A stretch of 64,000 nt of DNA, taken from contig CAVPIB010000007.1 of assembly GCA_963704885.1 (NCBI GenBank), forward strand, positions 201,975 through 265,974, written 5' to 3'. The position numbers were made by a program, and so were the translations under genes. The notes under the pieces were generated by a model that saw nothing but the letters and a program-made list of their open reading frames with translations, ran no database searches and had not been told where the DNA came from. This DNA is from an uncultured Actinomycetes bacterium. GTDB taxonomy: Bacteria > Actinomycetota > UBA4738 > HRBIN12. Below are positions 47,680 to 56,983 of this stretch, piece after piece (position 1 is the stretch's first letter; the number at the start of each line of letters is the position of its first letter).

Positions 47680-48241
47680 GGGCCTCGATCTGGGCGACCG
47701 TGCGGTCGAGCTCGTCGACCAGGCGGGATCCGAAACCGTCGAGCGAGCGATAGATGCCGACGAGCGTTCGGTAGTACCAGAGGGTCCCGTCCCTCCCGCC
47801 GGTGGATCGTTCGAACATCCCGACGCCTCCCGTGCGCAGATCCATCAGGATCGACCGCGCGTTGTGGACCTTGTCCGCCACCGAGACAAGGAGCGCGTCA
47901 GGTGGCGCGCTCGGCAGGTGCGCCAGGTAGGACTCCTTGCGCTGTCGCCATGGCGGCTTCGGCTCCTCCATCGTGTCGGTGCACGCCTCCACGATCTCGG
48001 CGACTTCTTGCCCGAATCGAACGCGGATGTCCTCGAGCCGCGGAAGTCCACCCTGGTCCTCTACGGCGTCGTGCAGGAGCGCGGCGATGGCTTGGGTTTG
48101 GGTTCCACCCTCTTCGATCACCAGCGACGCGACGCCCAGAAGGTGCGAGACGTAGGGGACCTCGCTCGCCTTCCGCGGCTGTGCTCGGTGGATGTCGGAT
48201 GCGTAGATCAGCGCATCGTCGAAGTCCGATCCGAGCTTCAC
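47663..48241 (-). CDS. HD domain phosphohydrolase
   Basis: HLLGVASLVIEE...ALLHDAVED HD motif. Overlaps by 17 nt, and is co-directional with, the downstream cyclase-ATPase gene. Confidence 0.85.
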   Translation of the reverse strand: MKLGSDFDDALIYASDIHRAQPRKASEVPYVSHLLGVASLVIEEGGTQTQAIAALLHDAVEDQGGLPRLEDIRVRFGQEVAEIVEACTDTMEEPKPPWRQRKESYLAHLPSAPPDALLVSVADKVHNARSILMDLRTGGVGMFERSTGGRDGTLWYYRTLVGIYRSLDGFGSRLVDELDRTVAQIEALATVE

Positions 48242-48257
48242 GACCGCAGACTATCCT

Positions 48258-49406
48258 TTGGCCATGTCGACGTCCGTGCTCGTCCTCGGTGCCGGTTTCG
48301 GCGGACTCGAGCTGTCCACCCGGCTCTCGGAAGGGCTCGGCGACGAGGTCGAGATCACGTTGATCGATCGTGCGGACGCGTTCGTGTTCGGCTTCTCGAA
48401 GTTGGACCTGATGTTCGGCCGACGGATGCCAGAAGCCGTCCGCCTGAGCTACAGCGACATCACGACGCCCCAGGTCAGGTTCCGACAGGAGACCATCAGC
48501 TCGATCGACGCCGATGCACGGCGCGTGGTGACAGATCTCGACACCTACGAGGCCGACATCCTGGTGGTGGCTCTCGGCGCCGACTACGACCTCGCGGCCA
48601 CGCCCGGGCTGGCAGAGGCAGGCAACGAGTTCTACTCGGTACCTGGCGCCGAGATCCTGCGCGGTGTGCTCCCGTCGTTCCGTGAGGGCACGGCGATCGT
48701 GGGCGTGTGCGGAGCCCCGTTCAAATGCCCCCCGGCGCCCAGCGAGGCGGCGCTCCTCCTGGACGAGTTCCTGCGGGAGCGCGGCATCCGCGACGCTGTC
48801 CGGATCCAGGTCGTGATCCCTTTCGGCTCGCCGATCCCGCCGTCGCGCGCCACCTCGGAGGCGATCGTGGCTGTGTTCGCAGAACGAGATATCGAGTTCG
48901 TGCCCGATCGTCTGGTCGTTGCGCTCGACCCGAACACGAAGGAAGCCGTGCTGGACGACGGCAGACGCCTGCCTTACGACCTGTTCCTCGGCATCCCGGT
49001 GCACCGAGCGCCGGGGGTGGTCGTGGACTCGGGTCTCACGGAGAACGGCTGGATCCCCGTGGACCCGTCCACGCTCGCCACACGGTTCCCGGACGTCTAC
49101 GCCGTGGGTGACGTCACCAGCGTCGGCACCCCCAAGGCCGGGGTGTTCGCCGAAGGCGCGGCGCGAGTCGTGGCCGACCGACTGATCGCTCGGATCCGCG
49201 GGGCCGGCGAGGCTCCCGGCTACGACGGCACGGGCTCCTGCTATGTCGAGTTCGGAGGCAAAGAGGTCGCGCGCGTCGACGTCGACTTCTTCTCCACGCC
49301 GGGACACCCGACCGGAACGTTCGTGGCGCCGTCTGCGGAGATGACCGCCGAGAAGGCCGAGTTCGGATCCAGCCGGCTCGCTCGCTGGTTCGGCGGCCGG
49401 CGCTGA
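48258..49406 (+). CDS. FAD-dependent pyridine nucleotide-disulfide oxidoreductase, sulfide:quinone oxidoreductase (SQR)-like
   Basis: GAGFGGLE FAD motif, FKCPPAPSEAA (SQR-type motif), and a second Rossmann motif YAVGDV. Confidence 0.8.
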   Translation: MAMSTSVLVLGAGFGGLELSTRLSEGLGDEVEITLIDRADAFVFGFSKLDLMFGRRMPEAVRLSYSDITTPQVRFRQETISSIDADARRVVTDLDTYEADILVVALGADYDLAATPGLAEAGNEFYSVPGAEILRGVLPSFREGTAIVGVCGAPFKCPPAPSEAALLLDEFLRERGIRDAVRIQVVIPFGSPIPPSRATSEAIVAVFAERDIEFVPDRLVVALDPNTKEAVLDDGRRLPYDLFLGIPVHRAPGVVVDSGLTENGWIPVDPSTLATRFPDVYAVGDVTSVGTPKAGVFAEGAARVVADRLIARIRGAGEAPGYDGTGSCYVEFGGKEVARVDVDFFSTPGHPTGTFVAPSAEMTAEKAEFGSSRLARWFGGRR

Positions 49407-49772
49407 TCACCTCTTGCGGTGGGCTCCGTTCGATGCGAACGCGAAGCCCGCTGGCGAATCGTAGGCGCCGACGAGCTGGGGGAGCTCCACGCGGATCGAT
49501 CGTGTGTCCGGTCGCGAAGGCGGGGCGACATCACCGCCGGTCGAACGACCCAGCCGCTCGAGAGCTAAGCGCCGAAGCTCGGACTCGACGTCGGAGGCCG
49601 CCGGGACCACCGTCTCCGCGAGCCGGCGGCGGAGCCCATGGGTGAGGTCATCGAACGGGTTGCCTGCTGTCGATCGAGCCATGCGGTCCTCCTTGCCGTG
49701 GATCCCCCCGCTTGGCGACAACTCGTCCACGGTAGCGGGTCGGACTCCGTCGCCATAGAGGCTCTCGGTCAT
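49407..49772 (-). CDS. hypothetical protein
   Basis: 121-aa ORF with no recognisable motifs; it may start at the internal MARSTAGNPF. Confidence 0.3.
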   Translation of the reverse strand: MTESLYGDGVRPATVDELSPSGGIHGKEDRMARSTAGNPFDDLTHGLRRRLAETVVPAASDVESELRRLALERLGRSTGGDVAPPSRPDTRSIRVELPQLVGAYDSPAGFAFASNGAHRKR

Positions 49773-49882
49773 TCTTGGCTACGCCCAACGTCGCAGATCT
49801 TCTAGATCGAAAGCCTCAGCGGGACGCCCCTTCCACCGCGTAGCATCGACTCTCGTCGGACCGACCTGGGAGGGAGCTGAGG

Positions 49883-50572
49883 ATGGGTGAGGCGAGCCAG
49901 GCCGGCGACATGGGCGCTTCGGGCATCGCGGTGCCCCGGGCGGAACCTCGCTGGCCCATGGCGGTCGCCGTGCTCGCCGCCATCCTGCTCCAGGTCGGCA
50001 CCCCGCATCGGGGACGCGTTCAGGCTTGGTGGGTCTTCCCGTTGCTGGAGTTCGCGTTGCTGGTGGTCGTCGTCCTGCGCGATCCGGGCCGCATCGACCG
50101 GCGCAGCCGTGCGGCGCGGCGATCCACGATCGTCCTGGTCACCGTGATGACCATCGGCACCATGGCGGGGGTCATCGTGCTGATCTACGACATCCTCGCG
50201 GGTATCAAGGGGATCAACGCTACGGACCTGCTAGGCAGGGGCGCAGCGATCTGGTTCACGAACGTGATCGTCTTCAGCCTTTGGTACTGGGAGCTGGATC
50301 GAGGCGGACCCGCTGAGCGAGCAGCCGACTCGGGGAGGCCGCCGAGCTTCGCGTTCCCCGAGAACGCGATGCCCGAGTTCGCCGAGGAGGGTTGGCGCCC
50401 GAAGTACCCGGACTACCTGTACCTGGCATTCACCAACGCCACGGCGTTCAGTCCTACGGACACCCTTCCGGTGCGAACATGGGCGAAGATGACCATGCTC
50501 CTGCAATCCGTGGTTTCGCTGATCACCGCGATCCTGGTGATCGCGAGGGCGATCAACGTCCTGCCGGGATAG
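49883..50572 (+). CDS. DUF1345 family membrane protein
   Basis: WFTNVIVFSLWYWELDRGGP and C-terminal TMLLQSVVSLITAILVIARAIN are typical of DUF1345; the start codon is uncertain. Confidence 0.65.
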   Translation: MGEASQAGDMGASGIAVPRAEPRWPMAVAVLAAILLQVGTPHRGRVQAWWVFPLLEFALLVVVVLRDPGRIDRRSRAARRSTIVLVTVMTIGTMAGVIVLIYDILAGIKGINATDLLGRGAAIWFTNVIVFSLWYWELDRGGPAERAADSGRPPSFAFPENAMPEFAEEGWRPKYPDYLYLAFTNATAFSPTDTLPVRTWAKMTMLLQSVVSLITAILVIARAINVLPG

Positions 50573-50575
50573 GAC

Positions 50576-51208
50576 ATGGCGGACGAGAAGCGACCGCGAT
50601 GGGAAGCCCTCATCGAGATCGTTGAGGTGACCTTCCTCGCCATCGTGGCGATCGCGACCGCTTGGAGCGGCTATCAGGCGACGCAGTGGGGCGGCCTCCA
50701 GTCGGAGCGTTACGGGCAGGCGTCGAGCACCAGGTTCGCGGCGGATGCGCTCTCCACGCTCGGGGGCCAGGAGCTCGTGGCGGACTCCGCCGTGTTCACC
50801 GCGTGGCTCGAAGCTCATCAGAAGGGCGACGCGGCGCTCGAGGATCTGCTCGTCCGCCGCCTCAGCCCCGAGTTCGCCGAGGCGTTTCAGGAGTGGCTGA
50901 AGACGGATCCCTTCGAGGACCCGTCGGCGCCGCCGGGCCCCGGATACATGCCGGGGTTCACGACCAAGCATCTGGAGGAGGCCAAGGACCTGAACGATCA
51001 GGCGTCGGCGGCGTTCGCCGAGGGCACCGAGGCTCGCGCCACGGCCAACAAGTACGTGCGCGACACGGTCCTGCTGGCTTCGGTCCTGTTCTGTGTGGCC
51101 ATCGCGCAACGCTTCAAGATCCGTGGGGTGCGGATGGGGGCCAACGCCGTCGCGCTCACGCTGCTGATCTACACGCTGACGACGCTCGTCGTGCTTCCGC
51201 GGGCCTGA
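50576..51208 (+). CDS. hypothetical membrane protein (N- and C-terminal TM helices, central soluble domain)
   Basis: 210 aa; AGGACATGG Shine-Dalgarno-like sequence upstream; starts 4 nt after the previous stop. Confidence 0.55.
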   Translation: MADEKRPRWEALIEIVEVTFLAIVAIATAWSGYQATQWGGLQSERYGQASSTRFAADALSTLGGQELVADSAVFTAWLEAHQKGDAALEDLLVRRLSPEFAEAFQEWLKTDPFEDPSAPPGPGYMPGFTTKHLEEAKDLNDQASAAFAEGTEARATANKYVRDTVLLASVLFCVAIAQRFKIRGVRMGANAVALTLLIYTLTTLVVLPRA

Positions 51209-51247
51209 GCGTCCGGGTCGACCGCCGGGTCCGGGGAAGGATCGCCT

Positions 51248-53449
51248 CTAGTCGAGCAGGGCGTCGAACGCCTTCTGAGTGTCGGTCAACCGTTCCGCCA
51301 GCGTCCCGGCGAGCCATCGGTGAAGCGCCGCTGCCAGCTCCGGCTCATCGGCCTCCAACCGCTCGATGGAGGCCCGGCTGAGCCTAAGGACCACGCTCGG
51401 CGTCTCGGCCACGACGTCGGCCGTGCGCGGAACACCCGTGTAGAGGGCGATCTCTCCGACCACCACCCCCGGTCGCACCGAGCGCAGGCGCATCCGCGTC
51501 CCCTCGGGCGTCACCATCTCGACGCTCAGGCGGCCCGACTCCAACACGAACACATCCTCGGGCGGCTCGTCTTGGCGTATCAGCACGGTCCCTTCCGCGA
51601 GCGACACGTGTTCGAGGTATGTCTCAAGACCCGCCGGCATGCCGGCGAGCGACTCGGTAGCGGCGACCCCCGCGAGCCGCTCGGCCTGGGCGTCTTGCAG
51701 CAGGACGTCCTCGCACCGCTGCAGGCCTCGATCCAGATCCGGCTCGAACCGCACGACCCCTTCAGAGGGGACCACGCCGCCGCGGGCCAGCTGCTCGCGC
51801 ACGCGATCCGAGGCCCCCGCTAACACCAGCTCGAACCCGCTCGCCTGGGCGAGGTGGGTCACCTTGACGAAGGACATCACCGCCGAGGCGTCCATGCCCG
51901 TCACCTGTCGCAGGTCCATCAGCAGGAACCGCGGCGCCGTCGTCTCCACCCGCTTGCGGATGCGTTCGAGCAGGCCGCTAGCCGAGCCGAAGAACACGAA
52001 CCCGTGCACCCGCAGGATCTGAACCCGCTCGCCCATCTCGCGCAGGGATGCTCGCTCCGCGGGTGGACGGTCGACGTTGCTGCGGTAGGTGTCCCCGAAC
52101 GCGACCTCGCGCACCAGTTCGATCCGACCGTAGCTGACCGCGAACAAGACGACGGCCATCACCAGGCCGATCACCACGCCGGGCAGGAACCCCTTCGTGA
52201 TGATGCCCGCGAGGATCACCAGGACGACGGCGTACTCGACCTTCGGCAAGCTCCGCCGCTTGTCCCAGACCCACTCGACGATGAAGGCGAGGCCTAAGAA
52301 CACCAGCACGCCGCCGACGATCATCCGCGGGATCAGCTCGATGACCGCCGCGCCGAACACGACGGCGGTGATCGGGACGAGCGAGGCGACGAGCCCGGCG
52401 GTCCGCGTGTTGACGCTCATGCGCTCCGCGAGCGCCGTCAGGCTGAGCGCGTGGTACCCGGGGATCCCACCGAGCGCCCCGGAGATGACGTTGAGGAAAC
52501 CGGCGTCGCGGAGCTCCTGGTTCGTGTCTAGGTCCCGGTGAAGCACGATCTCGGTTCCGCTGATGTTGAACAAGATCGCGATGGACGGCGACGAGCACCG
52601 CGGCGCGATCTCCGTCCACTGTCCGAGCACCGCCGACCAATCGGCGCCCGTGATTGCGCGCAGGGTCCACGGTTGCCACAGCCGCACGGACTCGAACGGC
52701 CCGAGGAGCCATCTCCCCTCCTGCGCGGCGTCGATCGAGGAGCCGGTGACGAGCATGCCGATCACGAACAGGGCGAGCCCGATGCGCGAGCACGATCGGG
52801 ATGACCAGAGGCTTCTTCACCAGCCGGACGGCGAGGAGCAAGATCACGCCGAACGCGAATGCTGGAAGCCAGTGCTTGAGCGTCTCCGAGTTGAGCATCA
52901 GTCCGACCGTGCGCAGGTGCACCTCCACGCCCGAGGCGACATAGAGGCCGCCCTTCAAGAGCAGCCACCCGGTGCCGGCGAGGAAGCCGCCGACGACCGG
53001 GTACGGCACGAACCGGACCAGGTCGCCCAGCCGGAAGGTCCCGAGCGCCGAGAAGACGACACCGCAGAGGATCGTCACGACCAGGGTCGCGGCTATGACG
53101 GTGAGGAATACGTCGGGGGCTTCGTAGTTGCCCAGGGACCCTGCCGTGGCATCCCTCGCGATCGAAGCGGCCTTCGCCGCCGTGGTCGCTGCCACGACCG
53201 CGAGGACGGCCGCCGCCGCGTCCTGCACGCTTCCCACCACCCCCGGCGACCCGCCCTCCAGGCCAAGATCCCCAGCGTCAGTGCGGCAGCCACGAGGTAC
53301 AGGCCGATGCCATCGGCGAGGCGACCGACGAGGAGGCCGCCGAACACGAAGGCGGCGAACGCGATCGCGAGGACCGCCTCGACGACGCCGATGATCACGC
53401 CAGCGGCGAGCGAGGTGAGCATCCCCACGGATCGTCGCTCCTCGGACAA
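51248..53449 (-). pseudogene. SulP family anion transporter with STAS and C-terminal cyclic-nucleotide-binding domain, copy A, with at least 2 frameshifts
   Basis: N-terminus (53093-53449 frame), TM core VVGSVQDAAAAV...VPYPVVGGFLAGTGWLLLKGG (51978-53240 frame), and IGMLVTG...STAS...cNMP domain VFVLESGRLSVEM..GVVVGEIALYTG (51248-52765 frame). Confidence 0.7.
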
Positions 53450-53468
53450 CGGCCTCCCCCTCGCAGTT

Positions 53469-55654
53469 CTAGTCGAAGAGGGCCACGACGGCCCTCTGAG
53501 TGTCGGTCAGCCGTTCCGCCAGCGTCCCGGCGAGCCATCGGTGAAGCGCCGCTGCCAGCTCCGGCTCTTCGGCCTCCATCCGCTCGATGGAGGCCCGGCT
53601 GAGCCTAAGGACCACGCTCGGCGTCTCGGCCACGACGTCGGCCGTGCGCGGGATACCCGTGTAGAGGGCGATCTCTCCGACCACCACGCCCGGGCGCACC
53701 GAGCGCAGGCGCATCGGCGTCCCCTCGGGCGTCACCATCTCGACGCTCAGCCGGCCCGACTCCAGCACGAACACGTCGTCGGGCGGCTCGTCCTGGCGGA
53801 TCAGCACCGTGCCCTTCCGCCAGGGGCATGCGCTCGAGGTATGTCGAAAGACCCGGCGGCATGCCGGCGAGCGCCTCGCTCGACGCCGTCCTTTTCCCCG
53901 AGCCGCTCGGCCGGCGCCCTGGAGCAGAACGTCCTCGCACCGCTGCAGGCCTCGATCGAGATCCGGCTCGAACCGAGACGACCCCTTCAGAGGCCACCAC
54001 GCCGCCGCGGGCCAGCTGCTCGCGCACCCGATCCGAGGCCCCCGCTAACACCAGCTCGAACCCGCTCGCCTGGGCGAGGTGGGTCACCTTGACGAAGGAC
54101 ATCACCGCCGAGGCGTCCACGCCCGTCACCTGCCGCAGGTCCATCAGCAGGAACCGCGGCGCCGCCGTCTCCACCCGTTTGCGGATGCGCTCCAGCAGGC
54201 CGCTCGCCGAGCCGAAGAACACGAACCCGTGCACGCGCAGGATCTGAACCCGCTCGCCCATCTCGCGCAGGGATGCTCGCTCCGCGGGCGGACGGTCGAC
54301 GTTGCTGCGGTAGGTGTCCCCGAACGCGACCTCGCGCACCAGTTCTATCCGGCCGTAGCTGACCGCGAACAAGACGACGGCCATCACCAGGCCGATCACC
54401 ACGCCTGGCAGGAACCCCTTGGTGATGATGCCCGCGAGGATCACCAGGACGACGGCGTACTCGACCCTCGGCAAGCTCCGCCGCTTGTCCCAGACCCACT
54501 CGACGATGAAGGCGAGGCCTAGGAACACGAGCACGCCGCCGACGATCATGCGCGGGATCAGCTCGATGACCGCCGCGCCGAACACGACGGCGGCGAGCGG
54601 GACGAGCGAGGCGACGAGCCCGGCGGTCCGCGTGTTGACGCTCATGCGCTCCGCGAGCGCCGTCAGGCTGAGCGCGTGGTACCCGGGGATCCCACCGAGC
54701 GCGCCGGAGATGACGTTGAGGAAACCGGCGTCGCGGAGCTCCTGGTTCGTGTCGAGGTCCCGGTGCAAGGACGATCTCGGTGCCGCTGACGTTGAACAGG
54801 ACCCCGATCACGGCTACGAACACCACGGTGACGATGCCGGCGGACTTGGCCAAGCACCGCCGACCAGTCGGCGCCGGTGAGGGCGCGGAAGGTCCACGGC
54901 TGCCACAGCCGAGTCGAGTCGAACGGTCCGAGCATCCAACCTCCCCCGAGCGCGCGTCGGTGGTCGAGCCCGTGACGAGCATGCCGATCGCGAACAGCGC
55001 GAGCCCGGCCCCGATGACCACCGGGATCACGAGCGGCCGCTTCAACACCCGGGTCAGGACCAGCAGGATCACGCCGAAGACGACGGCCGGAACCCAGTGG
55101 GCCAGCACGGCGGCGGGCCGTAGGTCGCCGACCGCGCGCAGGGAGACCTGCATGTCCGCCGCGACTCCGATGCCACCCTTCAGGAGCAGCCACCCCGTTC
55201 CCGCCAGGAATCCGCCCACGACCGGGTATGGCACGTACCGGACCAGATTGCCCAGCCGGACCGTCCCCAGCACCAAGAACGTGATGCCCGTCAGGATCGT
55301 CACGACCAGGGTCGCGGCGATGACGGTGAGGAACGCCCGTTGGGGGCTCCCGTAGGCGTCCAGGGCCGTGCTCGTGGCGACGACCGCGAGCACGGCCGCC
55401 GTCGCGTCCTGCACGCTGCCCACCACGCCGCGGTTGCCGGCCCTCCAGGCGAGGATCGCGAGCGTCAGCGCGCCCGCCACCAGGTACAGGCCGATGCCGT
55501 CGGCCAGGAAATACGCGAGGTAGCCGCCGAACACAAGGGCGGCGAACGAGATGACCAGGACCGCCTCGACGGCGCCGATGATCAAGCCGGCGGTGATAGA
55601 GGCGGCCAGCACTCCCCCAGATCGTCGCTGTTCGGACACGGAGCCCCCCGCCAC
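53469..55654 (-). pseudogene. SulP-STAS-cNMP-binding transporter, copy B (tandem paralog), with at least 3 frameshifts
   Basis: Nearly identical segments to copy A at the nucleotide level. N-terminus plus TM in the 53987-55654 frame, middle in the 53605-54768 frame, and cNMP domain in the 53469-53807 frame; an extra out-of-frame piece appears in 54663-55193. Confidence 0.7.
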
Positions 55655-55733
55655 GCCCTGTGCGAGAGAGACCTTATGCCCAGACGGTCGTTCCCGCTAG
55701 AGGGCTGGAGATCTGGATCCATACTGCTGACCG

Positions 55734-56570
55734 ATGCCCAACCTCCTCGCTGGCCTGGCGTCGCTGCTCTGGGGGACCGCCGACTTCCTCGGAGGCGTCG
55801 CGGTCAAGGACTGGAGCGCGCCCAGGTTCGGAGCGTTGACGCAGCTGATCGGCCTGGGGGTCGTGACCATCGCGATCGCGTTCTTCCCGGCCGATCCCAC
55901 CACGACCGATCTCGTGTGGGGCGGTGTCGCCGGCGTGGCGACCGCGACCGGCACCGTCCTGCTCTACCGGAGCTTGGCGATCGGTCCTATGAACGTGGCT
56001 GCCCCCACCGCAGCCGTCATCGGCACGAGCATCCCCGTGATGCTCGGATTGCTCGCCGGCGAACGTCCCAGTGCCGCCGCTCTCTTAGGGGTCGTGCTGG
56101 CGTTGGTCTCGATCGCCCTCGTCGGCTCTCCGCAGGAGGGCACGACCCTGCGTGGAACGCGTCACGTGCTCCTGGTCGCGGCGGGGGCTGGAGTGTCGAT
56201 CGGGGTCGGGACCGCCTGCTTCGCTCAGACCTCTATCTCGTCCGGGGTCTGGCCCTTCGGGATGGCCAAGCTGATCGCGGCCGTCCTCCTCGGGGCGACG
56301 GTGCTCGCAGCGGGGACGGTTCGGGAGCGGGGGCCGCGGCGGGATCTCCGCCTGCCGCTCGCGGTGGGGGTCGCAGACGCCGGGGCGACGATCTCGCTGC
56401 TCCTCGCCCTCCAGCGAGGGTCGCTGGTGCTGGTGGGGGTGTTGGCTGGCCTCTTCCCGGTCGTCACCGTTCTTCTTGCCCGGCTGATCTTGAAGGAGCG
56501 GATCGCTCGGGCCCAGCTCTTGGGTCTCATGTTCGCGCTGGCAGCCGTTGCCCTGATCGCGTCTTCGTGA
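55734..56570 (+). CDS. EamA/DMT superfamily transporter
   Basis: 10 TM helices in two EamA repeats, 278 aa. Confidence 0.8.
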   Translation: MPNLLAGLASLLWGTADFLGGVAVKDWSAPRFGALTQLIGLGVVTIAIAFFPADPTTTDLVWGGVAGVATATGTVLLYRSLAIGPMNVAAPTAAVIGTSIPVMLGLLAGERPSAAALLGVVLALVSIALVGSPQEGTTLRGTRHVLLVAAGAGVSIGVGTACFAQTSISSGVWPFGMAKLIAAVLLGATVLAAGTVRERGPRRDLRLPLAVGVADAGATISLLLALQRGSLVLVGVLAGLFPVVTVLLARLILKERIARAQLLGLMFALAAVALIASS

Positions 56571-56610
56571 GTCGGCTGCTCAGGGTGTTTCGGGATCCGA
56601 ACGTCCGTCG

Positions 56611-56931
56611 CTAGCCGTCGGCTCGGAGCAGGGTGAGCAACATCACGGTGGGCTCTTCGGCCACGAGGGAATGTGGAGCCCCCGTCACCATGTGGACCCA
56701 GGAGCCGGGTCTCATTTCCTGCTCCTGTCCGTCGACCGTGAACCGCATCTTTCCCTCGAGCACCTGCACGATCGCGGCGCGTGACGCCTGATGCTCCGTG
56801 AGTCCTTCGCCGGCATCGAACCCGAACACCGTCACGTCGAGCAACTCGTCGCGATAGATCACCTTCGAGACGACGGCGCCGGCCTGGATCGTTACGGCTC
56901 GTGCCGCGTCGGCTATAGCGGTGTGCGTCAT
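56611..56931 (-). CDS. cupin domain protein
   Basis: Cupin motifs G(X)5HXH-like (EHQASRAA..) and GSWVHMVTGAPHSL; 106 aa. Confidence 0.75.
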   Translation of the reverse strand: MTHTAIADAARAVTIQAGAVVSKVIYRDELLDVTVFGFDAGEGLTEHQASRAAIVQVLEGKMRFTVDGQEQEMRPGSWVHMVTGAPHSLVAEEPTVMLLTLLRADG

Positions 56932-56983
56932 GGTTCCTCCTGCATCACGTCGTGTTCGCCCACTGGCCGCGTCCCGGTCGATG

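Noticed and set aside
51248-55654. Possibility that the two SulP-cNMP copies are a mobile element
   Set aside because: No transposase, integrase or terminal inverted repeats were seen. It is a straightforward tandem gene duplication.
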